IMG/VR virus record: IMGVR_UViG_3300020050_017898
Strand: one strand, 5' to 3'
DNA: 64,000 nt
DNA from: an uncultured virus (IMG/VR IMGVR_UViG_3300020050_017898)
Lineage: Duplodnaviria; Heunggongvirae; Uroviricota; Caudoviricetes
Of the stretch, positions 1 through 9,620 are shown in pieces (the first letter of the stretch is position 1; the number at the start of each line of letters is the position of its first letter). Position numbers and translations under genes: made by a program. The notes under the pieces were generated by a model that worked only from the letters and a program-made list of their open reading frames with translations, had not been told where the DNA came from and did not search any database.

Positions 1-799
1 TATCAATGTTGTTGGAGGCAGCAAGAATGCCTAAATCCATCACAATTTTGGGAAAGGCAGTAGCAAAACGTACTCTGCGATCCTGAGCTACTCCGCCATG
101 AACAATTACCTGGTAATAAGCAAGAGCATCAAGATTAGCAGGAAGTTTACCAACTTGTTTGAGTTGAGTAACTACTGAAACAAGACTATTCCAATAAGGT
201 CTAACAGCAGAGTTTAGACCTTTAGTCATAAGCTCTTCAATTTCACGTTTGAGATTGACTTCTTGTTCAGCAAGACTTACGCCTTGGGCTCTTTTATTTC
301 TTATAGAAGTAGAAGAAGCATGAGATGTTAGAGTAACTTGACTTAGCAGTTTTTTAATAAATGCTATTGGTTGTTTTAACATTTTTTCCCATTCTTGCTG
401 TACTAATTTTACTGATGGCTCAGTTAATGGCAATCTTTCTGCGGCAGAAAGATGGCTTAAAATATTTTTAATAATTTCATTTACATTAAACTTTAATGAT
501 TGATCAATCTCAACAAAATCATCAATTATATCAGAATACACAAATCTATTTTGTTCCGACGAAATATCACATTTGTTTATTTTTAAAAAATATTTAATAT
601 CATTTCCCAACTTTTCTAATTGGGGAGCAACTACTTCTCGTAGAAACTCAACATCATCAAGTTCTCTGGGATTATTCCCATTAATATAATGTTTTTTAGG
701 ACCAGTAGTATATTCCTGGGCTTGACTCACTTTGACAGCAGCTTTCTCGAAGCTAGAAACCAGATCATACGCCTTGCTAAATTTTCTATTTGATACCAT
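1..799 (-). CDS. Hypothetical protein, 3' end runs off the window
   Basis: Not in ORF track. ATG at 799 preceded by GAGGA; frame MVSNRKFSKAYDLVSSFEKAA... stays open to the window edge (about 266 codons). Confidence 0.8.
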   Translation of the reverse strand, partial: MVSNRKFSKAYDLVSSFEKAAVKVSQAQEYTTGPKKHYINGNNPRELDDVEFLREVVAPQLEKLGNDIKYFLKINKCDISSEQNRFVYSDIIDDFVEIDQSLKFNVNEIIKNILSHLSAAERLPLTEPSVKLVQQEWEKMLKQPIAFIKKLLSQVTLTSHASSTSIRNKRAQGVSLAEQEVNLKREIEELMTKGLNSAVRPYWNSLVSVVTQLKQVGKLPANLDALAYYQVIVHGGVAQDRRVRFATAFPKIVMDLGILAASNNID

Positions 800-818
800 T
801 CTGTCTATCCTCTTAAAA

Positions 819-1262
819 TTATCGGTTGTCTTTATAATGGTGAATTATTATTTCCCCGCCAAAGGGATCTATACTCTTTTGTGTAGTAAAAGTTTGAGAT
901 ATAGTTGGTTTACTACTTTTTGCTTGGTATAAGTCTTTATATACCAATTGATCTAATGTAATTGTAGCAGCAGCCCATGTCAAGCCTGGAGGTCCATATT
1001 TATTCTTCTGGACACTTAGTAACCCGTTGCTAAAGTATAGTACAGTATCGGCATAGCCATCATTTACTAATGGAGTATCTTGATAATCTATTAGTACCAA
1101 TACTCTATCAGTTCTACTATATCCATCTATTATATTAATATCAAGAGTATTATATTGTAAATGAGTAAGAGTAACAGTAATAAATAACTGTTGTTCTATT
1201 ACAGACTGTACTTGTTCTGTAAGCTCTTTATTTACAAATATAATAAGATTCGGCAATCTCAA
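819..1262 (-). CDS. Hypothetical protein carrying two DGY motifs
   Basis: 147-aa ORF, ATGA overlap with upstream ORF. Confidence 0.75.
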   Translation of the reverse strand: MRLPNLIIFVNKELTEQVQSVIEQQLFITVTLTHLQYNTLDINIIDGYSRTDRVLVLIDYQDTPLVNDGYADTVLYFSNGLLSVQKNKYGPPGLTWAAATITLDQLVYKDLYQAKSSKPTISQTFTTQKSIDPFGGEIIIHHYKDNR

Positions 1263-1537
1263 AGTTTGTCCTCAAGACGATTTAGAATTTCTTCAATTAC
1301 TAATTTAAAATGTTTTAATTCTGGAGCTGATTCCTTTTTAAGAGTTTTTAATCCAGGGTCGTTATATAATTCTTGAAAGTATTTATAAATCAGTCTGGCT
1401 TCAGCTTGCTTGAGCTTCTTTTTACGAGCTAAATTGACAAGCTTGAGCAGAGGCTTATATTCTGGCAACTGCTTCAGAGCCTTGCTGGCTAAGTTCAGAA
1501 AAACAGTTAGGTTTTTTATTTTTGAGCAATCCAGCAT
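1259..1537 (-). CDS. Small basic hypothetical protein
   Basis: 92-aa Lys-rich ORF coupled to 819..1262. Confidence 0.6.
   Translation of the reverse strand: MLDCSKIKNLTVFLNLASKALKQLPEYKPLLKLVNLARKKKLKQAEARLIYKYFQELYNDPGLKTLKKESAPELKHFKLVIEEILNRLEDKL
1434..1461 (+). promoter_or_regulatory. sigma70-like promoter upstream of dUTPase
   Basis: TTGACA (1434-1439), 16 nt, TATATT. Confidence 0.45.
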
Positions 1538-1662
1538 ATCTAAATATCAAAAAAGGACTAGTTTTGACGAACAAAAACAAACAAGTTGCTTACGACGCCA
1601 CACGACATAACTTTCCTGTGTTGGCTTTAGACGAACAATACACTAAACAGAAAATATATCAC

Positions 1663-2184
1663 ATGACAAAAGACATTGAAGAAGAAGTTCCTGATACCGA
1701 AAGATCTCAGCCAAATTTTAAATTTGCTTTACGAGAAGATTTAATTGATTCTAAAATAAATTTTCTTCCTGCAAAAGGGGAACCATATGCAACTGGATAT
1801 GATGTAAGATGTGCTCTTTATGAAGAAACAATGATATTAAAATCAGGACAGTATTTTAAAATTCCTCTTGGAATCAGATGCCTACCCCCTGAAGGATGGT
1901 GGTTTAACCTTCACCCCAGATCATCTTCATTTGCTAAGAAAAATATTCATGGACTTATAGGCATAATTGATGAACATTATGCAAATGAATTGGTATTCGC
2001 TGGGCAGTATCTTCCAGAAGTTAGTACTGATATATTAACTATTAGTTTTGGTGATGCTATTGGGCAGATAATACCTGTAAAAAGAATTGATATATCTGTT
2101 GAAAGTATATCAAATAAGGAATACGATGATCTATGTAAAAAACGTATGGCTTTCCGTAGAGGAGGGTTTGGTTCAACTGGCTAA
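1663..2184 (+). CDS. dut: dUTPase (trimeric)
   Basis: Motifs ATGYDV, PRSS, GIIDEHY, QII, C-terminal RRGGFGSTG; ATG 1663 preferred over TTG 1522. Confidence 0.95.
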   Translation: MTKDIEEEVPDTERSQPNFKFALREDLIDSKINFLPAKGEPYATGYDVRCALYEETMILKSGQYFKIPLGIRCLPPEGWWFNLHPRSSSFAKKNIHGLIGIIDEHYANELVFAGQYLPEVSTDILTISFGDAIGQIIPVKRIDISVESISNKEYDDLCKKRMAFRRGGFGSTG

Positions 2185-3022
2185 TCAAACTAAAGGATCT
2201 CATGAAATTTTTAGAGTAACTTGTGATGGTCAAGTACATCCTAAATGTAGGAATGAGTACGACATTCCTTATAAAGATTATTATAAATTTATTGCTAATA
2301 ATGAATATAAAAAAATATATTGTCTTTTTTGTTCTCGCAGAAAGAAATCTTCTGGAAGATTAAATCCCAATACTAAATATTTTAATTTAAATGATAATTT
2401 TTTTGAAGAAATTGATACAAAAGAAAAAGCCTATTTATTAGGATGGATTGCAAGTGATGGTCATATTAGTAATAATTCAACAACAATTGAGCTAAATAAA
2501 AAAGATTTAGTTATCTTAACATATTTAAGAAATATCTTTTATAAAGATTTACCTATTTTTAGTAGAAAAACATCTACTACTGAATTAGTAGGATTTTCTA
2601 TCTCTTCGCAAAAGATTCAAAATGATCTATGCAAATGGTTAAAAATAAATCCTGGTAAAAAATCACATACTGTAAAGTACCCTCAACTATCAAGCGAATT
2701 TGATAGACATTTTATTCGAGGATATTTTGAAGGAGATGGAACAATAAATTCTCCACAAAATATAAAGAAAATACCATCATTATCAATTTCATCAAAATCT
2801 AAAGATATGTTAATATCCATTAAAGAAAAAATAGGCGATTTAGGATTTATAGGAAAACATTCATTAGAAATGTCTAAAAATGATACTTTTAAATTTTGTG
2901 ATTATCTTTATCAAGATAAAGATGATGTTAAATTAGAGAGAAAATACAATAGGTATCTTGAGTGGATTGAATATTATTCAAAGAAAGAAAATAATGGAAA
3001 AAAAAGTTCAAAAGTATTATGA
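2126..3022 (+). CDS. Free-standing LAGLIDADG homing endonuclease with N-terminal Cys (Zn-ribbon-like) domain
   Basis: KAYLLGWIASDG and HFIRGYFEGDG motifs; ATG 2126 has TAAGGA SD inside dut. Confidence 0.88.
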   Translation: MIYVKNVWLSVEEGLVQLANQTKGSHEIFRVTCDGQVHPKCRNEYDIPYKDYYKFIANNEYKKIYCLFCSRRKKSSGRLNPNTKYFNLNDNFFEEIDTKEKAYLLGWIASDGHISNNSTTIELNKKDLVILTYLRNIFYKDLPIFSRKTSTTELVGFSISSQKIQNDLCKWLKINPGKKSHTVKYPQLSSEFDRHFIRGYFEGDGTINSPQNIKKIPSLSISSKSKDMLISIKEKIGDLGFIGKHSLEMSKNDTFKFCDYLYQDKDDVKLERKYNRYLEWIEYYSKKENNGKKSSKVL

Positions 3023-3221
3023 TGTAAAGGTAGAAGCAATGGTGCCCGCCATTATTACTTATAGTATTCTAGCAGAAAATGAAGAAGAAGCAATGGAAAA
3101 GTATGAAAAAAATAATCTACCAATTTTTGAGATTAAATATGAATTGGTTAGACGCAAAGAAAATGTAGCTAGTGTGTATGATAAAGGCACAATTAATCTC
3201 AGAATGAAAAAGAAGGTATAA
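2994..3221 (+). CDS. Hypothetical protein
   Basis: ORF MEKKVQKYYDVKVEA..., between HEG and exonuclease. Confidence 0.65.
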   Translation: MEKKVQKYYDVKVEAMVPAIITYSILAENEEEAMEKYEKNNLPIFEIKYELVRRKENVASVYDKGTINLRMKKKV

Positions 3222-3222
3222 T

Positions 3223-3849
3223 TTGTTATATTATATTCTTGATTGTGAAACTACTGGACTTAATGAGTCGTATAATGAGGTAGTAGAAATTTCTGTTATT
3301 AGATTTGAAGATAAAATGCAAATTACTAGAGAGATCAGGGCGCAGTACCCTGAAAGAGCTAGTTTAGATGCTTTGAGAATTATTGGTAAAAATAAATATC
3401 AAATATGTCAAGGACAGCTGCCAATTGAGTCAGTAAATGACATCACCATGTTTATTAATTTAGATGGTGCCTCTCCCAAAAAGCGTTGTGTTATAGCGCA
3501 TAACGCTTCCTTCGATCGAAGATTTATGCACTATTTATGGAAATCAAATAACTTAGATTTCCCAATAGATTATTGGGTTTGTTCAATGGCATTAATGCGT
3601 AAATATAATAAACAAATAGGCATCAAAACTAAAGTCAATCTTCAAGATAGTTGTGATAGTTTGGGAATAGTAAAAGTTGCTGGTTTGCATAATGCAAAAA
3701 GCGATACACGTAACACTTATAAGCTATGGAAGAAATTAACTGAAGAACTAAAAGTTGATTATCTGCCATTGATTGAAAATCATGCAATGGGACAAAGTTC
3801 AGAAGAAGATCTTTCAGGAGATTTATACCAAGAAGAGCTTGGAGAATAA
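3223..3849 (+). CDS. DEDDh 3'-5' exonuclease (DnaQ/epsilon-like)
   Basis: LDCETTG, AHNASFD, HNAKSD motifs. Confidence 0.92.
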   Translation: MLYYILDCETTGLNESYNEVVEISVIRFEDKMQITREIRAQYPERASLDALRIIGKNKYQICQGQLPIESVNDITMFINLDGASPKKRCVIAHNASFDRRFMHYLWKSNNLDFPIDYWVCSMALMRKYNKQIGIKTKVNLQDSCDSLGIVKVAGLHNAKSDTRNTYKLWKKLTEELKVDYLPLIENHAMGQSSEEDLSGDLYQEELGE

Positions 3850-4327
3850 ACTCCAAACAGATAATGCTTTTCTTGATGAAACTCATTATCATTATTTAAT
3901 CTCTAGTCTAGGACTGAATCTAGAAGATAAAATCTATGTTGATTACCAAGGACAAGGTATTAAAAGAAATACTTTAATTCCTAATTTATTATATAAAGGT
4001 AATTTTGCTTTAGAAGAATTAACTTTAGATGAAGCAATACAAGACTGTAGTTTTATAGCATTTCTTCTTTATCAGGATGTAGAAGAATCTATAATTACTG
4101 TTACTTATAATAAAGATACGATAATTAGAGCCTATCTAGACAACGATAAAATTCCACCATTATTATTGGGATATGATTTTTTGGTGGGTTTTATGAGTAA
4201 TCAAGATATTAATGGTTATGTGATGTGTCAGGCAGACTTGACAGCCTTGGGTGTAGTGTTTATTAAAGGTGTGATGGGAAGTAGTAGTCATGAAAAGGAT
4301 CTAAGGAAAATATTAAATGGTACATAA
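3773..4327 (+). CDS. Hypothetical protein
   Basis: 184-aa ORF in operon; start uncertain (ATG about 3782). Confidence 0.7.
   Translation: MKIMQWDKVQKKIFQEIYTKKSLENKLQTDNAFLDETHYHYLISSLGLNLEDKIYVDYQGQGIKRNTLIPNLLYKGNFALEELTLDEAIQDCSFIAFLLYQDVEESIITVTYNKDTIIRAYLDNDKIPPLLLGYDFLVGFMSNQDINGYVMCQADLTALGVVFIKGVMGSSSHEKDLRKILNGT
4238..4266 (+). promoter_or_regulatory. Possible sigma70 promoter for infA
   Basis: TTGACA, 17 nt, TATTAA. Confidence 0.35.
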
Positions 4328-4544
4328 ACAAAAGATTAAAAAAGAGAAAATGGAATTTGAAGGTAAAGTAATTGATGCAAATAAAAGTATTTTTAAAGTT
4401 GATATTGGCAATGGTCAACATGTTACTTGTACTTTATCAGGAAAGATTAGAACTAATTCCATTAGAATCTTAGTAGATGACAGAGTTCTGATAGAAGTGT
4501 CAGAGTATGACACCTCAAAAGGACGAATTACCGTTCGATATTAA
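4317..4544 (+). CDS. infA: Translation initiation factor IF-1
   Basis: EFEGKV...FKVDIGNG...TLSGKIRTNSIRILVDDRVLIEVSEYDTSKGRITVRY follows the IF-1 S1 fold; AAGGA SD. Confidence 0.95.
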   Translation: MVHKQKIKKEKMEFEGKVIDANKSIFKVDIGNGQHVTCTLSGKIRTNSIRILVDDRVLIEVSEYDTSKGRITVRY

Positions 4545-4548
4545 AACC

Positions 4549-4574
4549 AAAACCCAGGAAATTTCCTGGGTTTT
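4549..4574. terminator. Bidirectional intrinsic terminator
   Basis: Perfect 26-bp palindrome AAAACCCAGGAAATTTCCTGGGTTTT between convergent genes. Confidence 0.85.
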
Positions 4575-4579
4575 TCATT

Positions 4580-5338
4580 TCATAGTAATGAATCCATTAA
4601 AGTTGGCACCCAAAAATCATCTGATAAAGAACTGTTGATGTAATTTTCGGAAAACCAACAATGACCATTTTCTCCAAATGAATTACCCCAACTATTACGA
4701 ATTAAAAACTCTCTTTTGGAATTTTTCCATCTTATGCCGGTAATAATCATTGCATGATTGCCAACATTTTTTATCTGGGGTTCCCAAATAACATGTGACT
4801 GATTTCTATATTCTATGAAAGTTTGTGGTATAGCTGTCCCAAAAACTACAGGGTGATTTGATCTTAGAGCCATTTCAATTTCATTAAGCCTATTATTATC
4901 ATCTATTCTATAAAAATTATTTATTTTATTATCATTAGCTTGCTTATAAGAAAAAAGATTAGGTTGAAGAAAGACTTTATTTTCATTATATTCCCATAAA
5001 TCTTCAGAGCAACAACCCAAAGTTTGGAGAGAATCAAAAGCATTTTTTATATAACAACCATCATCTTTATCTGTATCTCTAGTATAGACCCTTGCATTCC
5101 AATACACAAAAAGTCTTGATAGTTGTATAACTTTTCCATTTTGTCCTAATAAACATTCTAAAGCATCACAAACAGCATTTCCAACACAACTCGATAAATT
5201 TAATTGATCACTTATTGGTGTATATTCTTTTAATATATATTGATCACTTAAATTATTTAATGATACAAATGAATTACTTACTGTTCCAAACATTAAATTA
5301 TCAATTGAATTTTGTTCTTTTTTCCATCCAAATTTCAT
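4580..5338 (-). CDS. Papain-like cysteine peptidase (C1)
   Basis: DQLNLSSC (oxyanion Q, catalytic C), LSRLFVYW, GNHAM (H), IRNSWG (N). Confidence 0.93.
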   Translation of the reverse strand: MKFGWKKEQNSIDNLMFGTVSNSFVSLNNLSDQYILKEYTPISDQLNLSSCVGNAVCDALECLLGQNGKVIQLSRLFVYWNARVYTRDTDKDDGCYIKNAFDSLQTLGCCSEDLWEYNENKVFLQPNLFSYKQANDNKINNFYRIDDNNRLNEIEMALRSNHPVVFGTAIPQTFIEYRNQSHVIWEPQIKNVGNHAMIITGIRWKNSKREFLIRNSWGNSFGENGHCWFSENYINSSLSDDFWVPTLMDSLL

Positions 5339-5434
5339 TATATCTCCATTATAAATAATATTTTATGCATAATAAGAAATTAATAAGATATTTGTAGTAA
5401 AATGCCATTCGAACAGGAAGATAATTAATTACTA

Positions 5435-6256
5435 ATGCCTAAATATATAAATTTGCTAGGAAGAAAAATAAAAGATATTACTATTATTGAAAAGGTGGCT
5501 GCGCCCTCACATATAAAAAATAAAAATGAAATTTATTATAAATGTATGTGTGATTGTGGTGTTATTTCAATATGCGCTTCAAGGTCTTTAAGGGAAGGGC
5601 GAGATCCAAAATTAAATTGTGATTGTAACTTAAAAAACATTTTAAAAGAAGTTATAGGTAAAAAATATGGTAGATTAACTGCTCTTTCCTTGGCTGAGAC
5701 ACCAGAAAAAATAAAATTAGCAGGATCACATAAAATATATATAAATTGTATCTGCATTTGTGGTAACACAATAGATCCACAAGATTTAAATATTTTAAAA
5801 AAAAGAGAAAATAAAGGGATTGAAATATCTTGTGGCTGTGCAAAAGGTGTTCAAGATCCAAATAAGGCTAAATTACAGTCAGCAAAATTTGTATGGAAAA
5901 GAAGTTATAGGGATGGTGATATAACATTTGAAAAATTTTTAGAAATGTCCCAAATGAAGTGCTACTACTGTAACAGTGATCCATCTACTATTATAAATAT
6001 TTACCAATATTCAAAAAATAGATCTAATAAAATTGAACGCAAATTAAATACAAGATTTGCTCCAACTCTAGCCCTCGAAAATGGTAATTTTATTTATAAT
6101 GGATTAGATAGAATTGATAGCTCAAAAAAACATAATATGGACAATATTGTTACCGCATGTAAAAAATGCAATTATATGAAATTAGATCATTCTATAGATG
6201 ACTTCAAAAGTCATATTGAAAATATTTACAATTTTTTTTGTAAAAAAGAACAATAA
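5435..6256 (+). CDS. Free-standing HNH homing endonuclease
   Basis: Two N-terminal CxCxCG repeats; CYYC...NGLDRIDSSKKHNMDNIVTACKKCN. Confidence 0.88.
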   Translation: MPKYINLLGRKIKDITIIEKVAAPSHIKNKNEIYYKCMCDCGVISICASRSLREGRDPKLNCDCNLKNILKEVIGKKYGRLTALSLAETPEKIKLAGSHKIYINCICICGNTIDPQDLNILKKRENKGIEISCGCAKGVQDPNKAKLQSAKFVWKRSYRDGDITFEKFLEMSQMKCYYCNSDPSTIINIYQYSKNRSNKIERKLNTRFAPTLALENGNFIYNGLDRIDSSKKHNMDNIVTACKKCNYMKLDHSIDDFKSHIENIYNFFCKKEQ

Positions 6257-6257
6257 A

Positions 6258-6560
6258 TTATCGACTCCCTGTACAAATATCTACTGCTTCTTCGCAGTTA
6301 TTAACTGTTGTTAAACATTTGGGATTAATAAAAATTCCTGCATCTTGAGTTTCTTTGCAAAATTGTTCAAAGCTTTTACCTTTTTTAGTTGGTTTAGCTA
6401 TTTCGCATTTAAGTTCAGTTAAATGAATTTCTGCATCCTTACACATTACTGTACCTTCAACTACTCTAGGAGGACGAGGAGGAGTTAATGTTTCTCCAGG
6501 ATTACAGTTAAAAACTGATAAAGATAAAAGAATAAGTAAAAGAAACTGTTTCATGAACAT
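6258..6560 (-). CDS. Putative Cys/Pro-rich lipoprotein
   Basis: MKQFLLLILLSLSVFNC signal with terminal Cys, PPRPPR, six further Cys. Confidence 0.65.
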   Translation of the reverse strand: MFMKQFLLLILLSLSVFNCNPGETLTPPRPPRVVEGTVMCKDAEIHLTELKCEIAKPTKKGKSFEQFCKETQDAGIFINPKCLTTVNNCEEAVDICTGSR

Positions 6561-6581
6561 ATACAATTATATGGTATTCAA

Positions 6582-7550
6582 ATGAGGATCAACATGTTTA
6601 ATATTTCTGACTCTATTTCTTTTCAAGATGTTTTATTGATTCCTAAACATAACTCATATAGTGGAGAGATTGCTACTGATATCAGTATCAATCGCGGTGA
6701 AATAGAATATTGTTTTAGTCAGCCACTTATTCCTAGTAATAGTTTTTTAATTACTGATATCAAAATGGCTGTTAGTCTAATTGCTAGAAATAGTTTAGCG
6801 GTATTTCATGATGGTGTTGAGTATTATCGTGGAAGTTATAGTGATGATGCTGTTAAGGCTAATCTAATACGTTCAATTAAAGAAATAAAAGATATTTGCT
6901 CTAGCTTCTTAGGACGTAATGATTTTCAAAAATATTTGGGAATTACTATTGGAGTTACTCCTGCTGATTATGATTTGGTATATAAGCTCTGTGAATTAGG
7001 TATTAGAATATTTTGCGTTGAAAACGTAGTAGGAGATAGTGATGCTGTCTTAGCTATGGTGGAATTTTGTAGAAAGCTAGATCCTAATTGTTTAATTATT
7101 GCTGGGGATGTGGTAACTGGCAAAGCTGCTAAGGCTTTATGGGTTACTGGAGCAGATTGTGTTATTGTAGGATTAGGAGCCAGTAGTAAAGATAATACCA
7201 GAGAAATATCTGGTAATGGTATTCCTCAATTGAGTGCATTAATAGATTGTGCTAGTGAGAAGAGCCGTGGGCAATATATTATTTCCAAAGGTGGTATTAG
7301 TACTAGTGGAGATATTGTTAAAGCTTTATGTTTTAGTGATTTTGTGATGAGTTATCGAATCTTTGAGGGCTGTTTTGAGGCTCCTGTTAGGGCTGGAGCG
7401 GTGGAAGTTAAAACCTTATTGAATAGTTTACTTAAAGATATTGAATTGGGATGTCGTTTACAAAATGTAAGTAGTATTCGACAATTGCAAGAAGATGTTA
7501 GTTTAGTGAAGTTAACTAGTAGTGGAATTATCGAGTCTAGAGTTACTTGA
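6582..7550 (+). CDS. IMPDH/GMP-reductase-like TIM barrel, predicted inactive
   Basis: SFQDVLLIP, IIAGDVVT, GIPQLSAL, GGI...GDIVKAL; catalytic Cys replaced. Confidence 0.85.
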   Translation: MRINMFNISDSISFQDVLLIPKHNSYSGEIATDISINRGEIEYCFSQPLIPSNSFLITDIKMAVSLIARNSLAVFHDGVEYYRGSYSDDAVKANLIRSIKEIKDICSSFLGRNDFQKYLGITIGVTPADYDLVYKLCELGIRIFCVENVVGDSDAVLAMVEFCRKLDPNCLIIAGDVVTGKAAKALWVTGADCVIVGLGASSKDNTREISGNGIPQLSALIDCASEKSRGQYIISKGGISTSGDIVKALCFSDFVMSYRIFEGCFEAPVRAGAVEVKTLLNSLLKDIELGCRLQNVSSIRQLQEDVSLVKLTSSGIIESRVT

Positions 7551-7556
7551 AGTAAC

Positions 7557-7585
7557 TTGCTGTCATCAACTATCGTGATTATTAT
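7557..7585 (+). promoter_or_regulatory. sigma70-like promoter, leaderless thyA mRNA
   Basis: TTGCTG, 17 nt, TATTAT, 6 nt, ATG 7592. Confidence 0.55.
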
Positions 7586-7591
7586 GGATTG

Positions 7592-8434
7592 ATGACTAAT
7601 AAAGATGAACAAGCATATCTAAACTTAATGCAAGATGTAATGGAAAACGGTCATTTAAAAAATGACCGTACTGGTGTAGGAGTAAAAAGCAAATTTGGAG
7701 TAAATTTATCTTGGGATTTATCTGATAATAAAATTCCTATTACTACTTCAAGAAAAACATTTTATAAGGGTGTTTTTCTTGAAGAATTGTTTTTTATTGC
7801 TGGTAAAACACAAACCAAAGAACTAGAAGAAAAGGGATGTAATCTGTGGAAACATAATACTTCAAGAGAATTTCTTGATAAGAAAGGCTTATTTAACTAC
7901 GATGTGGGCGAAATGGGTCCGATGTATGGAAGAGCATATAGGAATTTTAATGGTGTAGATCAACTAAAAAATGCTTTAGACTTAATTAAAAATGATCCAG
8001 ATAGTAGAAGAATAACAGTAACGGCTCATGATCCTAGTGTAAGCCATCTTACTGTATTAGACACTTGTCACAACTTTTTTCAATTTTTTGTACATGACGG
8101 AATTCTTGATTGTCAATGGTACAGTAGATCAGCAGATTTGTTTTTAGGTTTGAATTCAAATATAATTAATTATTCTTTAATTACTCATTTATTTGCTAAA
8201 GCAGCTAATCTTAAAACTGGTAGATTATATTTTTGTGGAGGTGATTGTCATGTATATTTAAATCATTTTGATCAGGTAAAAGAACAAATATCTCGTTCTA
8301 CTTTTGATTATCCTACACTGAAGATAGATGCGCAATTATCTTCAATAGAAGATATAGAAAATATATCAATTAATCAATTAATAGTTGAAAACTATATCTC
8401 ACACAGTGCCATTCGGGCACCAATGGCTATTTAA
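7592..8434 (+). CDS. thyA: Thymidylate synthase
   Basis: DRTGVG, MGPMYG, DSRR, TCH catalytic Cys, RSADLFLG, dUMP-specifying Asn (NSNI), HVYLNH. Confidence 0.97.
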   Translation: MTNKDEQAYLNLMQDVMENGHLKNDRTGVGVKSKFGVNLSWDLSDNKIPITTSRKTFYKGVFLEELFFIAGKTQTKELEEKGCNLWKHNTSREFLDKKGLFNYDVGEMGPMYGRAYRNFNGVDQLKNALDLIKNDPDSRRITVTAHDPSVSHLTVLDTCHNFFQFFVHDGILDCQWYSRSADLFLGLNSNIINYSLITHLFAKAANLKTGRLYFCGGDCHVYLNHFDQVKEQISRSTFDYPTLKIDAQLSSIEDIENISINQLIVENYISHSAIRAPMAI

Positions 8435-8521
8435 AATGAAAAAAATGTTGGGCATTAGAAAATTTAAGATCACTGTCAGCAAAACAAAATATAATTGAAG
8501 GTAATAGGAGAGAAAATAGTA

Positions 8522-9004
8522 ATGATAAAGTTAATAGCGGCGGCAAGTGAGAATGGAATTATAGGAGTAAATAATAAACTTCCGTGGAATTGCTCAGAAG
8601 ATTTGAGGTTTTTTAAAGAAAAAACTTTAAATGGTACAATTATCATGGGAAGAAAAACCTATGAAAGCATTGGAAGACCATTGCCAAAAAGAACTAATAT
8701 TGTAATTACTTCAGGTTTAATTGAATCTGCTACTAACTTAGTTAGTTTTACTAGTTTACAAGAAGCTTGTTTTGCTTATCCTGAAGCTTTTATTATTGGT
8801 GGAAGTCAAATTTATCGAGAAGCTTTGGTTAAAAAAATACCTAATTGTATTTATCTGAATAAGATTCATACTACTGTGGAAACTCAGCCAGGTGATGAAA
8901 TAGTTACATTTCCTTGGATTGATAATTTATCTTATATTAACATTAGCATTGCTATGGATGAAAGCAAAGCTTTTACCACTTATTCTTATTTAAGATCAAC
9001 TTAA
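8522..9004 (+). CDS. folA: Dihydrofolate reductase
   Basis: IGVNNKLPW...EDLRFFK, IMGRKTYESIGRPLPKR, IIGGSQIY. Confidence 0.96.
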   Translation: MIKLIAAASENGIIGVNNKLPWNCSEDLRFFKEKTLNGTIIMGRKTYESIGRPLPKRTNIVITSGLIESATNLVSFTSLQEACFAYPEAFIIGGSQIYREALVKKIPNCIYLNKIHTTVETQPGDEIVTFPWIDNLSYINISIAMDESKAFTTYSYLRST

Positions 9005-9579
9005 AGTAGACGGTTCTTTTTCTTTAATCCATCTAGGCTGTATTTAGGGACCGCAAACAAAGTTCCAGGATTAATTTTACTACCTTGGTGACTAACTTCA
9101 AGGTGTAAATGGGCGGTTCCGCCCATTGCATTTCCAGTTGACCCACAAGTACCAATCATTGTATCATTGGTAACTGTTTGACCCTGTTTAACAGTGGCTT
9201 TTTCTAGATGAGCATAATAGCTAGAATAGCCTTGAGGGTGTTTAATTGTAACATTGATTCCTCCTTTTGGAGTATCTGCTACTTGGGATACGATACCATT
9301 AGCAATACTATAAATAGGTGATCCAGGATCTTTACTGACATAAAGATCTACACCATTATGACCCCTCGGATGATTTTTATCAGTAGCTACTCCAGGAGAA
9401 TAATTGCCAATGTTATAAAAAGAACCTTTAAAAGGTGGAGTAAATTTTAAATCTTTGCTTTCAAGAAGATGAATCTTGTTTAATGGTTTAGCCTCTTTGT
9501 GTGCAACTTCTGGTTTAATAAATCTTGATGCATTGTCAAAGATAAGTTTTTTAAAGTCTTTAATAAGATCATCAAGCAT
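9001..9579 (-). CDS. M23 family peptidoglycan endopeptidase
   Basis: HNGVD (HxxxD), YAHL, GSTG, HLH. Confidence 0.93.
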   Translation of the reverse strand: MLDDLIKDFKKLIFDNASRFIKPEVAHKEAKPLNKIHLLESKDLKFTPPFKGSFYNIGNYSPGVATDKNHPRGHNGVDLYVSKDPGSPIYSIANGIVSQVADTPKGGINVTIKHPQGYSSYYAHLEKATVKQGQTVTNDTMIGTCGSTGNAMGGTAHLHLEVSHQGSKINPGTLFAVPKYSLDGLKKKNRLL

Positions 9580-9620
9580 GTATGATATATACCCGTCGAG
9601 TAAGAATTCTAAGGAAAAGC

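Noticed and set aside
5339..5434. Group I intron around the HNH or LAGLIDADG genes
   Set aside because: Flanking genes are complete and intergenic gaps are too short for a ribozyme core
7592..8434. ThyA as a dCMP hydroxymethylase for DNA modification
   Set aside because: Keeps the dUMP-specifying Asn and is paired with DHFR
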